Assembly: GCA_963768425.1 (NCBI GenBank)
Contig: CAVYHV010000006.1
Coordinates: 192,001-256,000 of the forward strand
Length of the DNA: 64,000 bases
Direction: 5' to 3'
Origin: Candidatus Bathyarchaeota archaeon
GTDB lineage: Archaea; Thermoproteota; Bathyarchaeia; Bathyarchaeales; Bathycorpusculaceae
In this document: positions 1-10,621 of the stretch, one piece after another
Position numbering within the stretch: position 1 is the first letter of the stretch
How the letters are laid out: every line of letters starts with the position of its first letter
Notes under the pieces: generated by a model
What the model saw: only the letters and a program-made list of their open reading frames with translations
What the model was told of the DNA's origin: nothing
Databases searched by the model: none
Position numbers and translations under genes: made by a program

Positions 1-114
1 ACAAAAAGTGTAGCCACCATCTTCATTCTGACGATTAGTGACGTAATCTACTATTCTTTTGACCCATGATTTGTCGTTTAACCGCCTTACTTCAACCAAT
101 TTAATCCGCACCAT
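1..114 (-). CDS. Prenyltransferase/squalene-oxidase-repeat protein, N-terminal part (runs off window)
   Basis: Manual translation from ATG at 114: MVRIKLVEVRRLNDKSWVKRIVDYVTNRQNEDGGYTFC; contains the QxxDGG(F/Y) repeat motif. Confidence 0.6.
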   Translation of the reverse strand, partial: MVRIKLVEVRRLNDKSWVKRIVDYVTNRQNEDGGYTFC

Positions 115-257
115 TTTTTGATTGGTAGAAGCTATCAGCCTATGTCTGTTCAAGCATTTGGCGGTTAAAGGCGAGCCTCATCGCCGAATTGACTTTTTCA
201 GTCAATATTAAATCTTGTAAATAAGCCTTCCTTTTCAAAACGCTGATTTTCTTGAAG

Positions 258-328
258 AATGTATGTCTTAAAAATAATGTATGTCTTAACGAAATGTATG
301 TCCTAACTTCTAATTAACACATACATTA
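258..328. repeat. Three direct copies and one inverted copy of AATGTATGTCTTAA (operator/iteron-like)
   Basis: Direct copies at 258, 276 and 293; inverted copy TTAACACATACATTA at 314-328; (GT)7 tract nearby at 422-435. Confidence 0.75.
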
Positions 329-600
329 TCTTACCTACCTACCATACCACATAAAGAAATGATTATTTTTTAGCCAACACCCGTAGCTACTACATAGCAC
401 CTAAACTTCCCGAAGGTAAAAGTGTGTGTGTGTGTGGATTAAATTTTAGTCCCATACGCACCGTCCGTTAATAGATGCACCAAGTTTGGGGTCAGGTTCT
501 CAAAAACTTACTTCTTTCAACTGTTTGTAGTCTATGTTACGTACATACTGTATTCAATGAAAACGTGCACTTCGATACTTGTAACAGAAAGGCAGTTAGA

Positions 601-1329
601 ATGGATAGGTTGACTATCGCTGGTTCGATATTCGTTATATTGCTAGCAGCAGCATTATGCATGGGACTGGCAGTTCTCGCAGAGAATTCACAACCACAAT
701 TTACGGGACTACCAATTCAGGAGGCATTGCTAATAGAACCTAAAGCTATGACTAAAAATAACGGCCTCTACAACGTTTCTCTAACAATCAGTGCAATTGC
801 CCCAGAAAGAATAAACAAACTTCAGCTCAACGAAAACATAACAGGCTTAACAACCTACGTAAATGGGACAACGGTAAACACGGCTAATCCTCTTCAAATC
901 AAATTGAACGGCGGCGACTTAATTGAAGTTAACTTTACAATGCCTTGCGCGGAGTATTCTTCAGTAAATGACGTCACAGTATTTTCAACTAATGCTATGT
1001 ACTATACGGGAATGCCATTGTCGTTTCAGCCGTATCTTGTCACGGATTTAGGTTGGTACTTGCATAATAGCTCAGACCCCGTATCTAATATGACTAACAA
1101 GTTCACAGTTTATGGTGCCATAAATAATGACGGTGCGACAGATGCGCAAAATTGTAGTTTAATTATAAAGTTTTATGATAACGCAGAGTTGCTTCAAACT
1201 TCAAGTATCCCAATTGGGGACATTAAGGGATTCTTTGGTTGTGATGATTTGAAAACAAATGTCCCTTGCAGTGTTGCTGACTCCGTAACAAGAACAGAAG
1301 TCTCCATAATGGGAGATAATGTTTCGTAA
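601..1329 (+). CDS. Membrane-anchored secreted hypothetical protein with Ig-like/FxLYD-like C-terminal domain
   Basis: ORF 475..1329, probable start MDRLT at 601; N-terminal TM helix; N/T-rich beta content; YGAINNDG...IKFYD segment. Confidence 0.55.
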   Translation: MDRLTIAGSIFVILLAAALCMGLAVLAENSQPQFTGLPIQEALLIEPKAMTKNNGLYNVSLTISAIAPERINKLQLNENITGLTTYVNGTTVNTANPLQIKLNGGDLIEVNFTMPCAEYSSVNDVTVFSTNAMYYTGMPLSFQPYLVTDLGWYLHNSSDPVSNMTNKFTVYGAINNDGATDAQNCSLIIKFYDNAELLQTSSIPIGDIKGFFGCDDLKTNVPCSVADSVTRTEVSIMGDNVS

Positions 1330-1338
1330 AGAGAGCGA

Positions 1339-2424
1339 TTGCATTTGAAATACAAACAACAAATTCACCGCGCGCACATATCTCGACTATTTACTAAGAA
1401 AACTGTGCCGTTAATAGCTTGCATCGTTGTTGTTCTTGCATCATTCGCGTTCATCATGCAACCTTCCAGTATACATCCCGGCCCGCCAAAAAACGGTTTC
1501 AGCATCATCCAAATTACAGACACACAGTACTTGCCTCAAAGTTACCCTACCCTCTATGACAATTTGACCCACTGGATAGTTGCGAACAGTAAGTTTTGGA
1601 ATGTCTCTATGGTTATCCACACTGGCGACATTGTGAACGTACCTGACGATAAGGTGCAGTGGCAGAATGCAAACGACGCCATGATGACGCTTTACAATGC
1701 TGGGATACCTTATTGTTGGTGTGCGGGTAACCATGATTTAGTGGGTGACTTGGTGGGTCGTGAGCCAAATAATTACACGTATCTTGGCAGCAATTATCCA
1801 GCGTTTAACGCTGATCATATGAGCGATAAATCTTATTGGGTTGACAGCATCTACCGTGGAACAAGCACTGCGGTAAAGTTCCGTTTTGGCAATATTCATT
1901 TTGCAGTTGTTGATGTGGCTTATAATGCGAATCAAACAGTGCTCGATTGGATGCAAAACATTATCCATACGAACCCAGACGTAAACGTGATTGTTGCTAC
2001 TCATAACTTCCTTAACGGCTACGCAAAATATGGTTCGCATTCTTCCAACAGCAACCAGTATCATAACAGCACTGTTGACCAAACATGGGCTACAAACTTT
2101 CAAAGAATTATTAGCAGTGACTCTAACGTGTTTATGACGCTTAATGGCCATGATGCGGGGACTGGCGTGTCAGCGTGTCTCTCGCAGGAGTATGGGCAGA
2201 CAGAAATTTTCTTTAATTGCCAAGAACTCTACAATCAGCAAGGATCTGTATTTGCTCGGATATACACTTTTAATATGGCTAACTCGGAGTTCCCAAAGGT
2301 CAACGTGAACACGGTTGCCTGCGCCAACATAGCCAACTCGTCAATCCACTACGGCGAATACATGTCTTCTGTCGGGGAAGAATCAGCGCGATTCAGTTTT
2401 CATCCTTATTTGTTGAAGGCTTAA
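1339..2424 (+). CDS. Calcineurin-like metallophosphoesterase, membrane-anchored
   Basis: DTQY, HTGDIVN, GNHD, THNFL and NGHD motifs; N-terminal TM segment. Confidence 0.85.
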   Translation: MHLKYKQQIHRAHISRLFTKKTVPLIACIVVVLASFAFIMQPSSIHPGPPKNGFSIIQITDTQYLPQSYPTLYDNLTHWIVANSKFWNVSMVIHTGDIVNVPDDKVQWQNANDAMMTLYNAGIPYCWCAGNHDLVGDLVGREPNNYTYLGSNYPAFNADHMSDKSYWVDSIYRGTSTAVKFRFGNIHFAVVDVAYNANQTVLDWMQNIIHTNPDVNVIVATHNFLNGYAKYGSHSSNSNQYHNSTVDQTWATNFQRIISSDSNVFMTLNGHDAGTGVSACLSQEYGQTEIFFNCQELYNQQGSVFARIYTFNMANSEFPKVNVNTVACANIANSSIHYGEYMSSVGEESARFSFHPYLLKA

Positions 2425-2486
2425 AAGTGGAAGTGACCACCTGTTCGTCTACTTGAAATCAAGGCGAGTTAGTACGCGCTCCCAGC

Positions 2487-3920
2487 TTACCCTGTGTAAT
2501 TTAATACGTAGATGCTCAGAGGCGATTGACCAAAAGTTTGCTCAGGTGTTATGGATGTGAAATTGTTTGAGCTATACAGTTGGGCGTAGATATCCATCAA
2601 GGTGACCGTTGAGTTAAAATAGTCCAAATGGTTCCCGCCAAGTTCTGTTGTAAAGAGAAATTGCACGTTGTCCTCCTCGCAACGGCTAACAAGAACCGTG
2701 ATGTTGAAGAAGGGATCTATGGTTCTTGACCAAGGATAAGTGTACAATTTTATTTGAGATCCTCCGTCTTTGAGAAGGTAAAATTCTATTATGCCAAAGC
2801 TGAAGTAGTTGTCAGGACAAAGCACCATTATCGATTGGTTCGAGCTGTCATGGGCTATTGCATATTTAACAGCTTGTTCTAAGTCAAAAGATGCTTTTTC
2901 AGAGTTTATCCAGTAAATGGTGTCATTTACACTGTAGAACATAGATAGGAGAGTAAAGGCGATCAATATTGAAGCTCTAATTTTACTTAGAGTTTTTCTG
3001 TTGAGGCTCCGCAGTTCTGTATATGTAACTGTTACAAAAACCGCCGCTGCAATTGCTAAAACTGGGAACAAAGGCAGAACGTATCGCCAATTTTTATGGT
3101 TAATTAATGTGTAAAAAACATAAACTGTAATGAACCATATCAGAAGAAGTTTGTCAGCTTTTTGTCGCCTAATAGCAAATACTCCTAAACCGAGAAAGCC
3201 AAAGATATACATTAGAAGGGAAATGGGGTGAATGGTGGGGTATATGCTGTTCATTTCAGTCAGATAGTATAATGGTGTGTTGGTTTGGCTTCCTGTAGTG
3301 TTCATTTCAATATTGTTTAGCCACATTGCTATGTACGACTGAAGGCTGTAGATGAGATAGGCTGCTGCTGCTAACAGCGCCGCGATTATTGCAATGTAGA
3401 GTTTTCTTGAAAAAGGTCTTTTGAGCTCACTTTTACAGAAAATCAAAGTTGCAGAAAGCATTACAAGCATAGCTACGACAATTTGGTACTTGGCTAAGAA
3501 ACCAACGATTAAAGTTAGCGCTACAAAGATCAACATTCTGTCTTTATGGGTTTGTAGCCAGAGGTAAAACAAGAAGATCGAAAGGACAAAAAAGAATGAT
3601 GCCATTATGTCTAACATGGCAATGTGAGAAGCTTCAAAGTAACCAGGCATTAGGCTTAAAAAAATTGAGCCTAACAACGCGGTTTTGCCGTCATAGACTT
3701 TGTAAGTGAATTCAAATCCTACCCAAAGAAGTAGAACGGAGAAGAGGGCATCGATTATTCTGGCGGAAACAACGCTTACACCAAAAATGTTGTAGGACAA
3801 ATAGGTTAGGGCGTCATAAAGCGGTGGATAAAACAGGTTTCCGGAAAATTGCTTGTACATTCCAAGTTTGAGGAAAAGCCCGTTGTCAAGATGGGCAGCT
3901 TCATCCCATTGGATAGGCAT
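2487..3920 (-). CDS. Glycosyltransferase family 39 / ArnT-PMT-like integral membrane protein
   Basis: WDEAAH, YPPLY, LAKY and WRYVLP motifs; many TM helices; a further in-frame TM helix upstream to ~4015 suggests the true start is obscured by an indel. Confidence 0.85.
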   Translation of the reverse strand: MPIQWDEAAHLDNGLFLKLGMYKQFSGNLFYPPLYDALTYLSYNIFGVSVVSARIIDALFSVLLLWVGFEFTYKVYDGKTALLGSIFLSLMPGYFEASHIAMLDIMASFFFVLSIFLFYLWLQTHKDRMLIFVALTLIVGFLAKYQIVVAMLVMLSATLIFCKSELKRPFSRKLYIAIIAALLAAAAYLIYSLQSYIAMWLNNIEMNTTGSQTNTPLYYLTEMNSIYPTIHPISLLMYIFGFLGLGVFAIRRQKADKLLLIWFITVYVFYTLINHKNWRYVLPLFPVLAIAAAVFVTVTYTELRSLNRKTLSKIRASILIAFTLLSMFYSVNDTIYWINSEKASFDLEQAVKYAIAHDSSNQSIMVLCPDNYFSFGIIEFYLLKDGGSQIKLYTYPWSRTIDPFFNITVLVSRCEEDNVQFLFTTELGGNHLDYFNSTVTLMDIYAQLYSSNNFTSITPEQTFGQSPLSIYVLNYTG

Positions 3921-4287
3921 GTTTGAAAGGTTCAGGATTAGAAAGCCAACAAGAATGCTGAGGTAACAAATAGCAAAAACTAAGAAGGCTAATCTAAAGT
4001 TACAGCTGCCTTTTCAAAGGCTACATACCTCCCTTTTCTTGTACGTGCTGTGAAAGCGAGCGCGCTTTTTCTTTTCCATACGAGAATACGGTCCCAGCGC
4101 CAATCCAGAGTAAAATAGCGATTACGGGTGCAAGTGGATCTAACGAATAGTACCCAAGTAGGTTTGGTTTGATTGTTTGATGCAGCAATCATTACGCAGC
4201 CAAGTTCTGGGCGATGATCCCTGTTATAATTAACGTAGAGCATAGATTTAAAGGCAAAATTATTGTACGTTATGTTGGTGATAGAAA

Positions 4288-4476
4288 ATGTCTTCAGAGG
4301 GAGAGGAAACCGAGTTTATTCAAGCGGAGAATGCTTTGGAAGAATTTGTCAAGATACTTGTTCAGGAATATCCATTGGTATTCAAGGAAGGGTCAGGCGC
4401 TATAAAGATTCGTTCTTCAATCAAAAAACATATCTTCCCGTACGAAGTCTCACTAAAAATAAGGAAAAAGAAATAA
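4288..4476 (+). CDS. Small hypothetical protein (62 aa)
   Basis: ATG-started ORF with globular composition occupying an intergenic gap. Confidence 0.5.
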   Translation: MSSEGEETEFIQAENALEEFVKILVQEYPLVFKEGSGAIKIRSSIKKHIFPYEVSLKIRKKK

Positions 4477-4551
4477 AGCAAGTTTACCTCTAAGGTTTTT
4501 GGTAAACTTACCCCCCAGTTATGTTAAGCCAATCCCATTGAAGGTTAAATC

Positions 4552-4986
4552 ATGATCTCAGATAATTCCAATAAAACAGGGACGAAACTTTCCAGAAGCG
4601 TCATTATCCTGGTCATAGTAATGATTGTAAATGTCGTGATAATCATTCTCTTAACTCCAATCGGCTTTGAGACCCGCCCGCAATCCCACTTGAAACCACT
4701 TGGCTACATTGCGATTACAGCAATTTTTGTAGGTCTCGCACTGGACCTGGCGACAATCGGTCTTCTCTTCAAGAAAGTTAGGGTCAGATTAGCTTCAACT
4801 CTGGCGATCGTCAGCTCGGTCCTCTTCTTCCTGATCATTGCAGTAGATCGAACCGGCTCCTTCTTCTCGGTGCCGATCCCTCCTGCAATTACCACCCTTG
4901 AAACCCTCCTCATTGCTGTGCTAATTGTGACTCTATTTATTGCGTCAATCGTTTACAGAGGCAGTAAGCCTGCTTCAAGCAGATGA
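4552..4986 (+). CDS. Four-TM hypothetical membrane protein
   Basis: Four hydrophobic segments. Confidence 0.7.
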   Translation: MISDNSNKTGTKLSRSVIILVIVMIVNVVIIILLTPIGFETRPQSHLKPLGYIAITAIFVGLALDLATIGLLFKKVRVRLASTLAIVSSVLFFLIIAVDRTGSFFSVPIPPAITTLETLLIAVLIVTLFIASIVYRGSKPASSR

Positions 4987-5082
4987 ATTCAGAATTTGCG
5001 TTCGAGGTGTTGAAGACTTGGTAATGTGACCTAAACTTAATTGATGAACGCATCAAAAGTAGAGTACTGTCAAAAGATGGGT

Positions 5083-5541
5083 TTAGGGGAAGCCTGTAAT
5101 TAGGTCGTATAAGTAGGCGTCCCATTCCGCTGCTTCTTTCTTTAGGATCCCCAGTAAATCCGTTAAGAATCTGTGATGTTTCTTCTCATCTTCCAAGATA
5201 TTTAAAATAAGTTGCTTGATCTTCTTGTCTTTTACAACTTGGCTGATGTCTTTTGCTTGCTTCAACATTTTAGCTTCCTCTGCAATGTGACTTGTAATCT
5301 CTTTTTGCCCGATTTCTTGGCTTTCCTTGCCCATAACCGCCGTTGAATTCAAGTCTATAAGCATCTGATAAGTGTCTGAGTGCCTCATCGTATCCAAGAT
5401 AATGCTGTGAATAAACAGCTTAATAACGGGGTTTTGTGCCGATTCATACAATGGCGTAAGCTTTTTAGCAGTTTGGTCTTCAAAGTCTTTCTGTTTCTTG
5501 ATTTTGTTAAGAGCATCCTCATCTAGAATTTCCCAAGACAA
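5083..5541 (-). CDS. Ferritin-like / rubrerythrin-type di-iron domain protein
   Basis: Helical protein with E...DTMRH and E...EDEKKH ligand pattern. Confidence 0.75.
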   Translation of the reverse strand: MSWEILDEDALNKIKKQKDFEDQTAKKLTPLYESAQNPVIKLFIHSIILDTMRHSDTYQMLIDLNSTAVMGKESQEIGQKEITSHIAEEAKMLKQAKDISQVVKDKKIKQLILNILEDEKKHHRFLTDLLGILKKEAAEWDAYLYDLITGFP

Positions 5542-5624
5542 AACAAACTACCTCACTATTTCTTCAGCGCAATTCCTATTTAACTCTTTAAAAAACTCAG
5601 TTCCGAAGCGATTTTATTTCTTGC

Positions 5625-5891
5625 CTACATGACTTTGGTGACTTCAACTATTGAGTCAGCGGGGAAGTTAATCTTCTGAAGCGCCGCTTCCAGAACCTCT
5701 TTGGATGGGGCTTCAAACTCGATAAGGGCTTTTTCCACTTCAGCGTTCAACTCAGGAGCACAACAATAGCAGGTTTTCAAATGGACATCTTTAATGCCTG
5801 TTCTCTCAAAGACGTCGGTTGTACCTATAATGCAGGTAAGCCTGTTAAGTTCGATTTGAGGTACCTTCGAGTTAACTATAAAGCGCTTCAC
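5625..5891 (-). CDS. DUF4242-like (SCO4226 nickel-binding) small protein
   Basis: Probable GTG start MKRFIV; C-terminal EFEAPSKE...FPADSIVEV motif. Confidence 0.55.
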   Translation of the reverse strand: MKRFIVNSKVPQIELNRLTCIIGTTDVFERTGIKDVHLKTCYCCAPELNAEVEKALIEFEAPSKEVLEAALQKINFPADSIVEVTKVM

Positions 5892-6044
5892 GATTCGAGT
5901 CTCCCAACTAAACAAAACCAAAAGTATCATATAAGTTATGTGCAAACACGGTAGCTAATTTCGCATTTCTCAAAAGACCTTTAGTTCTAATGATTATCTT
6001 CTTCATGTTTATATTATAGTTTTAAGCTATAATATTATAGCCTA

Positions 6045-7136
6045 ATGGTATATGAGGAAAAAGTGATGGAAAAAATGATAGAAACACCCATTCACCGGAT
6101 TTTAGATACAATCTCATCTCATTTAGGCGAGCCTTTGTCAATCAACCAACTAACCGAAAAAATTAAAGAAAAATATGGTGCTGCGTATTATTCAAATATC
6201 TATAAACAAATCAAAGAATTAGAAAACAAAGGATTACTAACAACCGCTACCTGTGGAAAATCAAGCATAGTTAAGCCCAATTTCGATAATGAGCTAATAA
6301 TAGAATTATTTGCCCAAATGGAAATCGAAAACAAAATTAATTTTCTAAAAGATAAGAAAGAATTATTAATTGTCCTATCAAGCATGACTAAATCTCTCGA
6401 CGATATTTGCTCAATAAAGTCAATAACCTCAATAAATCCTGAAAAGAATTCTGAGCTCAATAGGCTGGAACTACTCTTTCTTTTAAGAAAAATGATTGAC
6501 TATAAAGATGTCACATTCGAGCTCTATACGAAAATGAGAGAATTACAGGACCGATACAACTTGAAGATAGATAGCCTTATTCTAAACGAAGATGATTTTT
6601 CTTCCTTGATAAGATCAAATGAAATAAATCCCTTAAGAGAAGCTTTTGCCAAAGAGATAACCATCTTCTGTCCTCAGGCATTCTGGTGTAAAATTAAGGA
6701 GATCTCTGAAGAATCCGAAATCAAGACAATAGAGATAGAGACAAAACCTAACCACATTTCAGAAACAGATCTAATTTACAATCTTAATCGATTTGGCTAC
6801 AAAGAATTCGGCAACAAGATATCTCAAGCTAACAAGTACTGCATTGAATATATAATCACAAGTTTACTACTTTCAAATGATGCAAGAAGATTAGAGGCCA
6901 TCCCAATAATTCTCGCAAAAAATAACTTTCGCAGTAATCTATTGGCATTTCTTTGCCAAAAGTATAGGATTACAGGCAAACTCTTGGGACTGCTAAAAAG
7001 TCTCCAAAACATTAAACCAAACGATAAAATTAGGGACACAATTAGTCTCTTAGAGATTTTCAAAGAGGGGCAAGAAACACCAGCTGATGAAGAGAGCATA
7101 AGGCGAAATATGAGGCTATATAATGCCATTAGATAA
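6045..7136 (+). CDS. Winged-HTH protein, probable antitoxin partner of downstream nucleotidyltransferase
   Basis: N-terminal wHTH (LSINQLT...YSNIYKQIKELENKGLL); overlaps the DUF6036 gene. Confidence 0.6.
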   Translation: MVYEEKVMEKMIETPIHRILDTISSHLGEPLSINQLTEKIKEKYGAAYYSNIYKQIKELENKGLLTTATCGKSSIVKPNFDNELIIELFAQMEIENKINFLKDKKELLIVLSSMTKSLDDICSIKSITSINPEKNSELNRLELLFLLRKMIDYKDVTFELYTKMRELQDRYNLKIDSLILNEDDFSSLIRSNEINPLREAFAKEITIFCPQAFWCKIKEISEESEIKTIEIETKPNHISETDLIYNLNRFGYKEFGNKISQANKYCIEYIITSLLLSNDARRLEAIPIILAKNNFRSNLLAFLCQKYRITGKLLGLLKSLQNIKPNDKIRDTISLLEIFKEGQETPADEESIRRNMRLYNAIR

Positions 7137-7635
7137 AGCCGTATTATTTAACCTCTTGAAGAACTTTGACGAGGAAGCAAAAGAAAAGATTACCCTTGTT
7201 GCAGTTGGCGGCACGGCGATGACACTCCTCGACATCAAAGTATCAACTTTAGATATTGACTTCACTGTTCCCAGCGGTGATAAAACTGAATTTGACAGAG
7301 TTCGAAACTTAGTGCCTCATGGATTCAAAATAGATGTTTACGTAGATGGATCGGTATTCTGCAATACCTTACCGGATGACTATTTAGATAGAAGCAGGGA
7401 AATAAGAAACTTCACCAAAATCTTTCTAAGGGCTCTTCATCCCGTAGACATAATTGTGACAAAAATAGGCAGACTAAACGATCGAGATGTTCAAGATATC
7501 CAAGCGTGCATAAGCAGTTGCAATATTAAGAAGGAGGAAATAGCGGCAAGAGCAGCCAAAATCATTTACGTTGGCAGAGAAGAAGACTATAAGTACAATC
7601 TTCAATGGGTCATAGCAAATCTCTATTCTCATTAG
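7123..7635 (+). CDS. DUF6036-family nucleotidyltransferase (type IV TA toxin-like)
   Basis: AVGGTAM...STLDIDF and TKIGRLNDRD motifs. Confidence 0.8.
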   Translation: MPLDKAVLFNLLKNFDEEAKEKITLVAVGGTAMTLLDIKVSTLDIDFTVPSGDKTEFDRVRNLVPHGFKIDVYVDGSVFCNTLPDDYLDRSREIRNFTKIFLRALHPVDIIVTKIGRLNDRDVQDIQACISSCNIKKEEIAARAAKIIYVGREEDYKYNLQWVIANLYSH

Positions 7636-7794
7636 TTAGTCAAAGGACAATAAAGCCAAAACCTGAAAACATCAGGCCAAACTGATCACTTTTCACTCAA
7701 TGACGTTGGCACAACTAGATGTTTTCTGGTCCGAACGCTTGACGCAAATCTTAATATTTCTAGCTGACTTTAAGGGGGGTTGGCGGCAGTAAGG

Positions 7795-8028
7795 ATGATT
7801 GGAGATTGGCAAGAGAGAATTGTAGTTGATCCAAAAGTCTTAGTTGGAAAGCCGGTTATTAAAGGCACTCGGCTTTCGGTTGAGTTTATTTTGGATCTTC
7901 TTGCTAACGATTGGACAATTAAGCAGATACTGGATGAATATCCCCAGTTGGAGCGAGAAGACGTAATGGCAGTTTTGAAGTATGCCGCTGAAATGGTTAA
8001 GGAAGAGAAGGTATATCCATTACCCTAA
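7795..8028 (+). CDS. DUF433 antitoxin-like protein
   Basis: RIVVDPKVLVGKPVIKGTRLSV...YPQLEREDV. Confidence 0.9.
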   Translation: MIGDWQERIVVDPKVLVGKPVIKGTRLSVEFILDLLANDWTIKQILDEYPQLEREDVMAVLKYAAEMVKEEKVYPLP

Positions 8029-8090
8029 AGTTCTTTGCCGACGAAAACATCTCTGGCAAAGTGGTTAGTGCCCTTAAAAACAAGTGGGTT
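8025..8090 (+). pseudogene. Remnant of DUF5615 PIN toxin
   Basis: Translates LKFFADENISGKVVSALKNK directly after DUF433, then homology is lost. Confidence 0.55.
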
Positions 8091-8310
8091 AAGGGCATAT
8101 CAAGCGAAAAAACCAAAAAATACGCTGTCAACTATCCCAAAACCGTTCAGGAAATAGCTGATGCGATAGTCAACTGAGCTGAGAAACAAAGCAGAAGCCT
8201 AATTGTGCAATATTTGTTTCTTAAAGTCTTAACGATTTTTCTCATAATGCTAAGATAAAAAGAAAAAATTATAATACTTAATCAGCGAATGATAGTATGG
8301 TTGAACTAAT

Positions 8311-9525
8311 TTGGAACGGGGCATAGAAGCGTTTGTTTCAAGGCAACTAATCAAAGCCTTTGGCGAGCATAAGCTCGTTACCACAGATGAACAGCTACCT
8401 GGCAGAATTAGAGTTGATTTTCATTTCAAGGATAAGGCTGGCATAGATGTCTTTGTGGAAGTGACGATGAACAAAATAGGCCGCGGCAGCCTAAGCAAAA
8501 TTCTAAACCTGTATTCCGCCCTGTCTAACTTAGAGCCGCCACTTGAAAAGTTTGAGTTAATAGTCGTTGGTCCTGAATTTGAAGCGTCAGCCATGAAGTC
8601 GCTTGGCGGATTGCCTATTCGTTTGGTTACTTTTGAAGACCTTGGAATAACTCGAGCTGAACTTGAAGCGGTTAGAGAGGAGCAGAACCAGTTTCAAGAT
8701 AGGCGACTCTCTCCAGAGGAAGCCAAGTTGGCGGCAATGTGGGAGTCAGAGAAGAAGACTGTAATCCGAGCGAAGGATGTTCAGGATGCTTTGCGTTGTT
8801 CTTCTGGTTATGCTTACGTTTTGCTTCATAATCTTGAGCGAAAACATTGGCTTGAGCGGATAAGCACTGGCCTTTATCAGTTTGTTCCAGCGGCTTATGG
8901 TTACCCTGAAAAGATTCCTCCTGCTAACTCTTTTGCTGTAGGAGCTGCTTTGGTTGAGCCCTATTATTTCAGCTATTACACGGCTAACAGTCATTATGGA
9001 TTTACTACTCAGATGCCGTTCACTCTGTTTGTTGCTACTACAAAGAAAAAGCCAAAGGTTGAGTGGCAAAGCGTCGCTTTCAAGTTTGTAACTTTATCCA
9101 AACGTAAGTTCTTTGGCTACCGTTTTGAAAGGGCGTTTGACGCTAAGGTTTGTATGGCTGAGCCTGAGAAGGCTATTGTTGATTCTTTTGATAAGCCACA
9201 TTATGCGGGTGGGGTTGAGCAGTTGGCAAGGATTACTTGGCGGGGTTTGGCAAAGGTTGATGAGGGCAAGTTGGTGGATTATGCTGTCAGGATGGAATCG
9301 TATGCTTTGGTTCAGAGGCTTGGTTTTGTTGTCGATTCTCTCTCAAAAGAGGGTTTGGTTCAACCGTTAGCTTCTGATCATAGAGGCTTGTTGCTTAGGC
9401 ATGTGGGAAACACTCCGATTTATCTTGATTCCCGAAGGCTAAAGACAGGCTCGTTTTCTAATGACTGGAGAGTCATCGATAACATGCCAAGAGAACAGTT
9501 ACTCAGCGAGATTGAGGTAAGGTGA
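8311..9525 (+). CDS. AbiEi-family type IV antitoxin with extra N-terminal PD-(D/E)XK-like domain
   Basis: wHTH (LERKHWLERISTGLY), YFSYYTANSHYGFTTQMP, EPEKAIVD and QRLGF motifs; N-terminal RVDFHFKD...FVEV. Confidence 0.8.
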   Translation: MERGIEAFVSRQLIKAFGEHKLVTTDEQLPGRIRVDFHFKDKAGIDVFVEVTMNKIGRGSLSKILNLYSALSNLEPPLEKFELIVVGPEFEASAMKSLGGLPIRLVTFEDLGITRAELEAVREEQNQFQDRRLSPEEAKLAAMWESEKKTVIRAKDVQDALRCSSGYAYVLLHNLERKHWLERISTGLYQFVPAAYGYPEKIPPANSFAVGAALVEPYYFSYYTANSHYGFTTQMPFTLFVATTKKKPKVEWQSVAFKFVTLSKRKFFGYRFERAFDAKVCMAEPEKAIVDSFDKPHYAGGVEQLARITWRGLAKVDEGKLVDYAVRMESYALVQRLGFVVDSLSKEGLVQPLASDHRGLLLRHVGNTPIYLDSRRLKTGSFSNDWRVIDNMPREQLLSEIEVR

Positions 9526-9532
9526 GAAGAAA

Positions 9533-10436
9533 ATGCTGGACAAAAAATATGTGACATTTTATGCTCGTTTCTAGTAGAGTCCCCTTGGATGTGGCAGAAC
9601 GCGATATAGTCCTAACCTATGTCTTAAAAGTTTTATCTGACGATATTTTACAAAAGTTGGCGTTTAAGGGTGGTACGTGCTTAAAGAAAATACATTTTGG
9701 AAGTACCGGTAGATTCTCGGAGGACCTTGACTTTACAAGTCAAAGCATTTCCTTAGATGACCTTCAATCTGACCTTAAGAAACTGCTGGACAAGCGCAGC
9801 TATTTCGGCATAGAATTCAAGATTTCAGAGGAGAATGTTCGGAAAGGAGCAGAGGCGTGCGAGCAATCCTACATAGCGGTTATAGGCTATTCTCATGCTT
9901 GGAACACTGCAAAATTCATGTTTGAAGTAAGTTTCCGTGAAAAACCGCTGTTACCTCTTGATGCGTTGCCTTTGTTGGATGAGATGTATTTTAAGTACAC
10001 TGAATTTCCTCGGTTTCCTGTGGTGTGCCTTCAAAAAGAGGAGTTATTGGCAGAGAAGTTGCGGGCTGCATATCAGAGGTTCCGACCCCGCGATTTGTAC
10101 GACCTATACCTGTTTGCAGATAGACACTTTGACAAACACAAAGTACAAAAACTTGCTGTTATCAAATGCTGGAGTGTTAGAGAACCCTTCAGACCAAAAG
10201 ATCTCCTCAATAACATATCAGGGACTAAATATGACTGGAATGATCTTGAACGCTTAGTAAGAAGAGGAGACTCACCTTCCCAAGAAAAGGTTATTGAAAA
10301 AGTTCTCAAGTCATACGCGTTTCTGGAAGAAATGGATAGCACACTTGTCAAGATAATCGATGACTCCAAAGCTCATAAAGAAAAGAAATTAGTAGCGAAT
10401 GTCTTAGAAGCACTAAAACATAACTCTCTGAGTTAA
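9533..10436 (+). CDS. AbiEii-family nucleotidyltransferase toxin
   Basis: FKGGTCLKK, RFSEDLDF and EKLRA...RDLYD motifs; probable ATG at 9533 with an indel before ORF 9561. Confidence 0.9.
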
Positions 10437-10621
10437 TTGAAAAAACAATTTTTCATCTGGTGTCTCATGCCGGTGTAACGCGGACGTTGCCACTTGCCAT
10501 AAGAGTAATTGCCGAAGAAACGTAAATTTACTTTGTCTCTTTCAGTAAAACCCTGAAACCTTGCTCCGCTTCTGATCGGTTAGGCAAGTTTTGGCGCCTG
10601 CGACAGAGTGGAATTTTGGAA

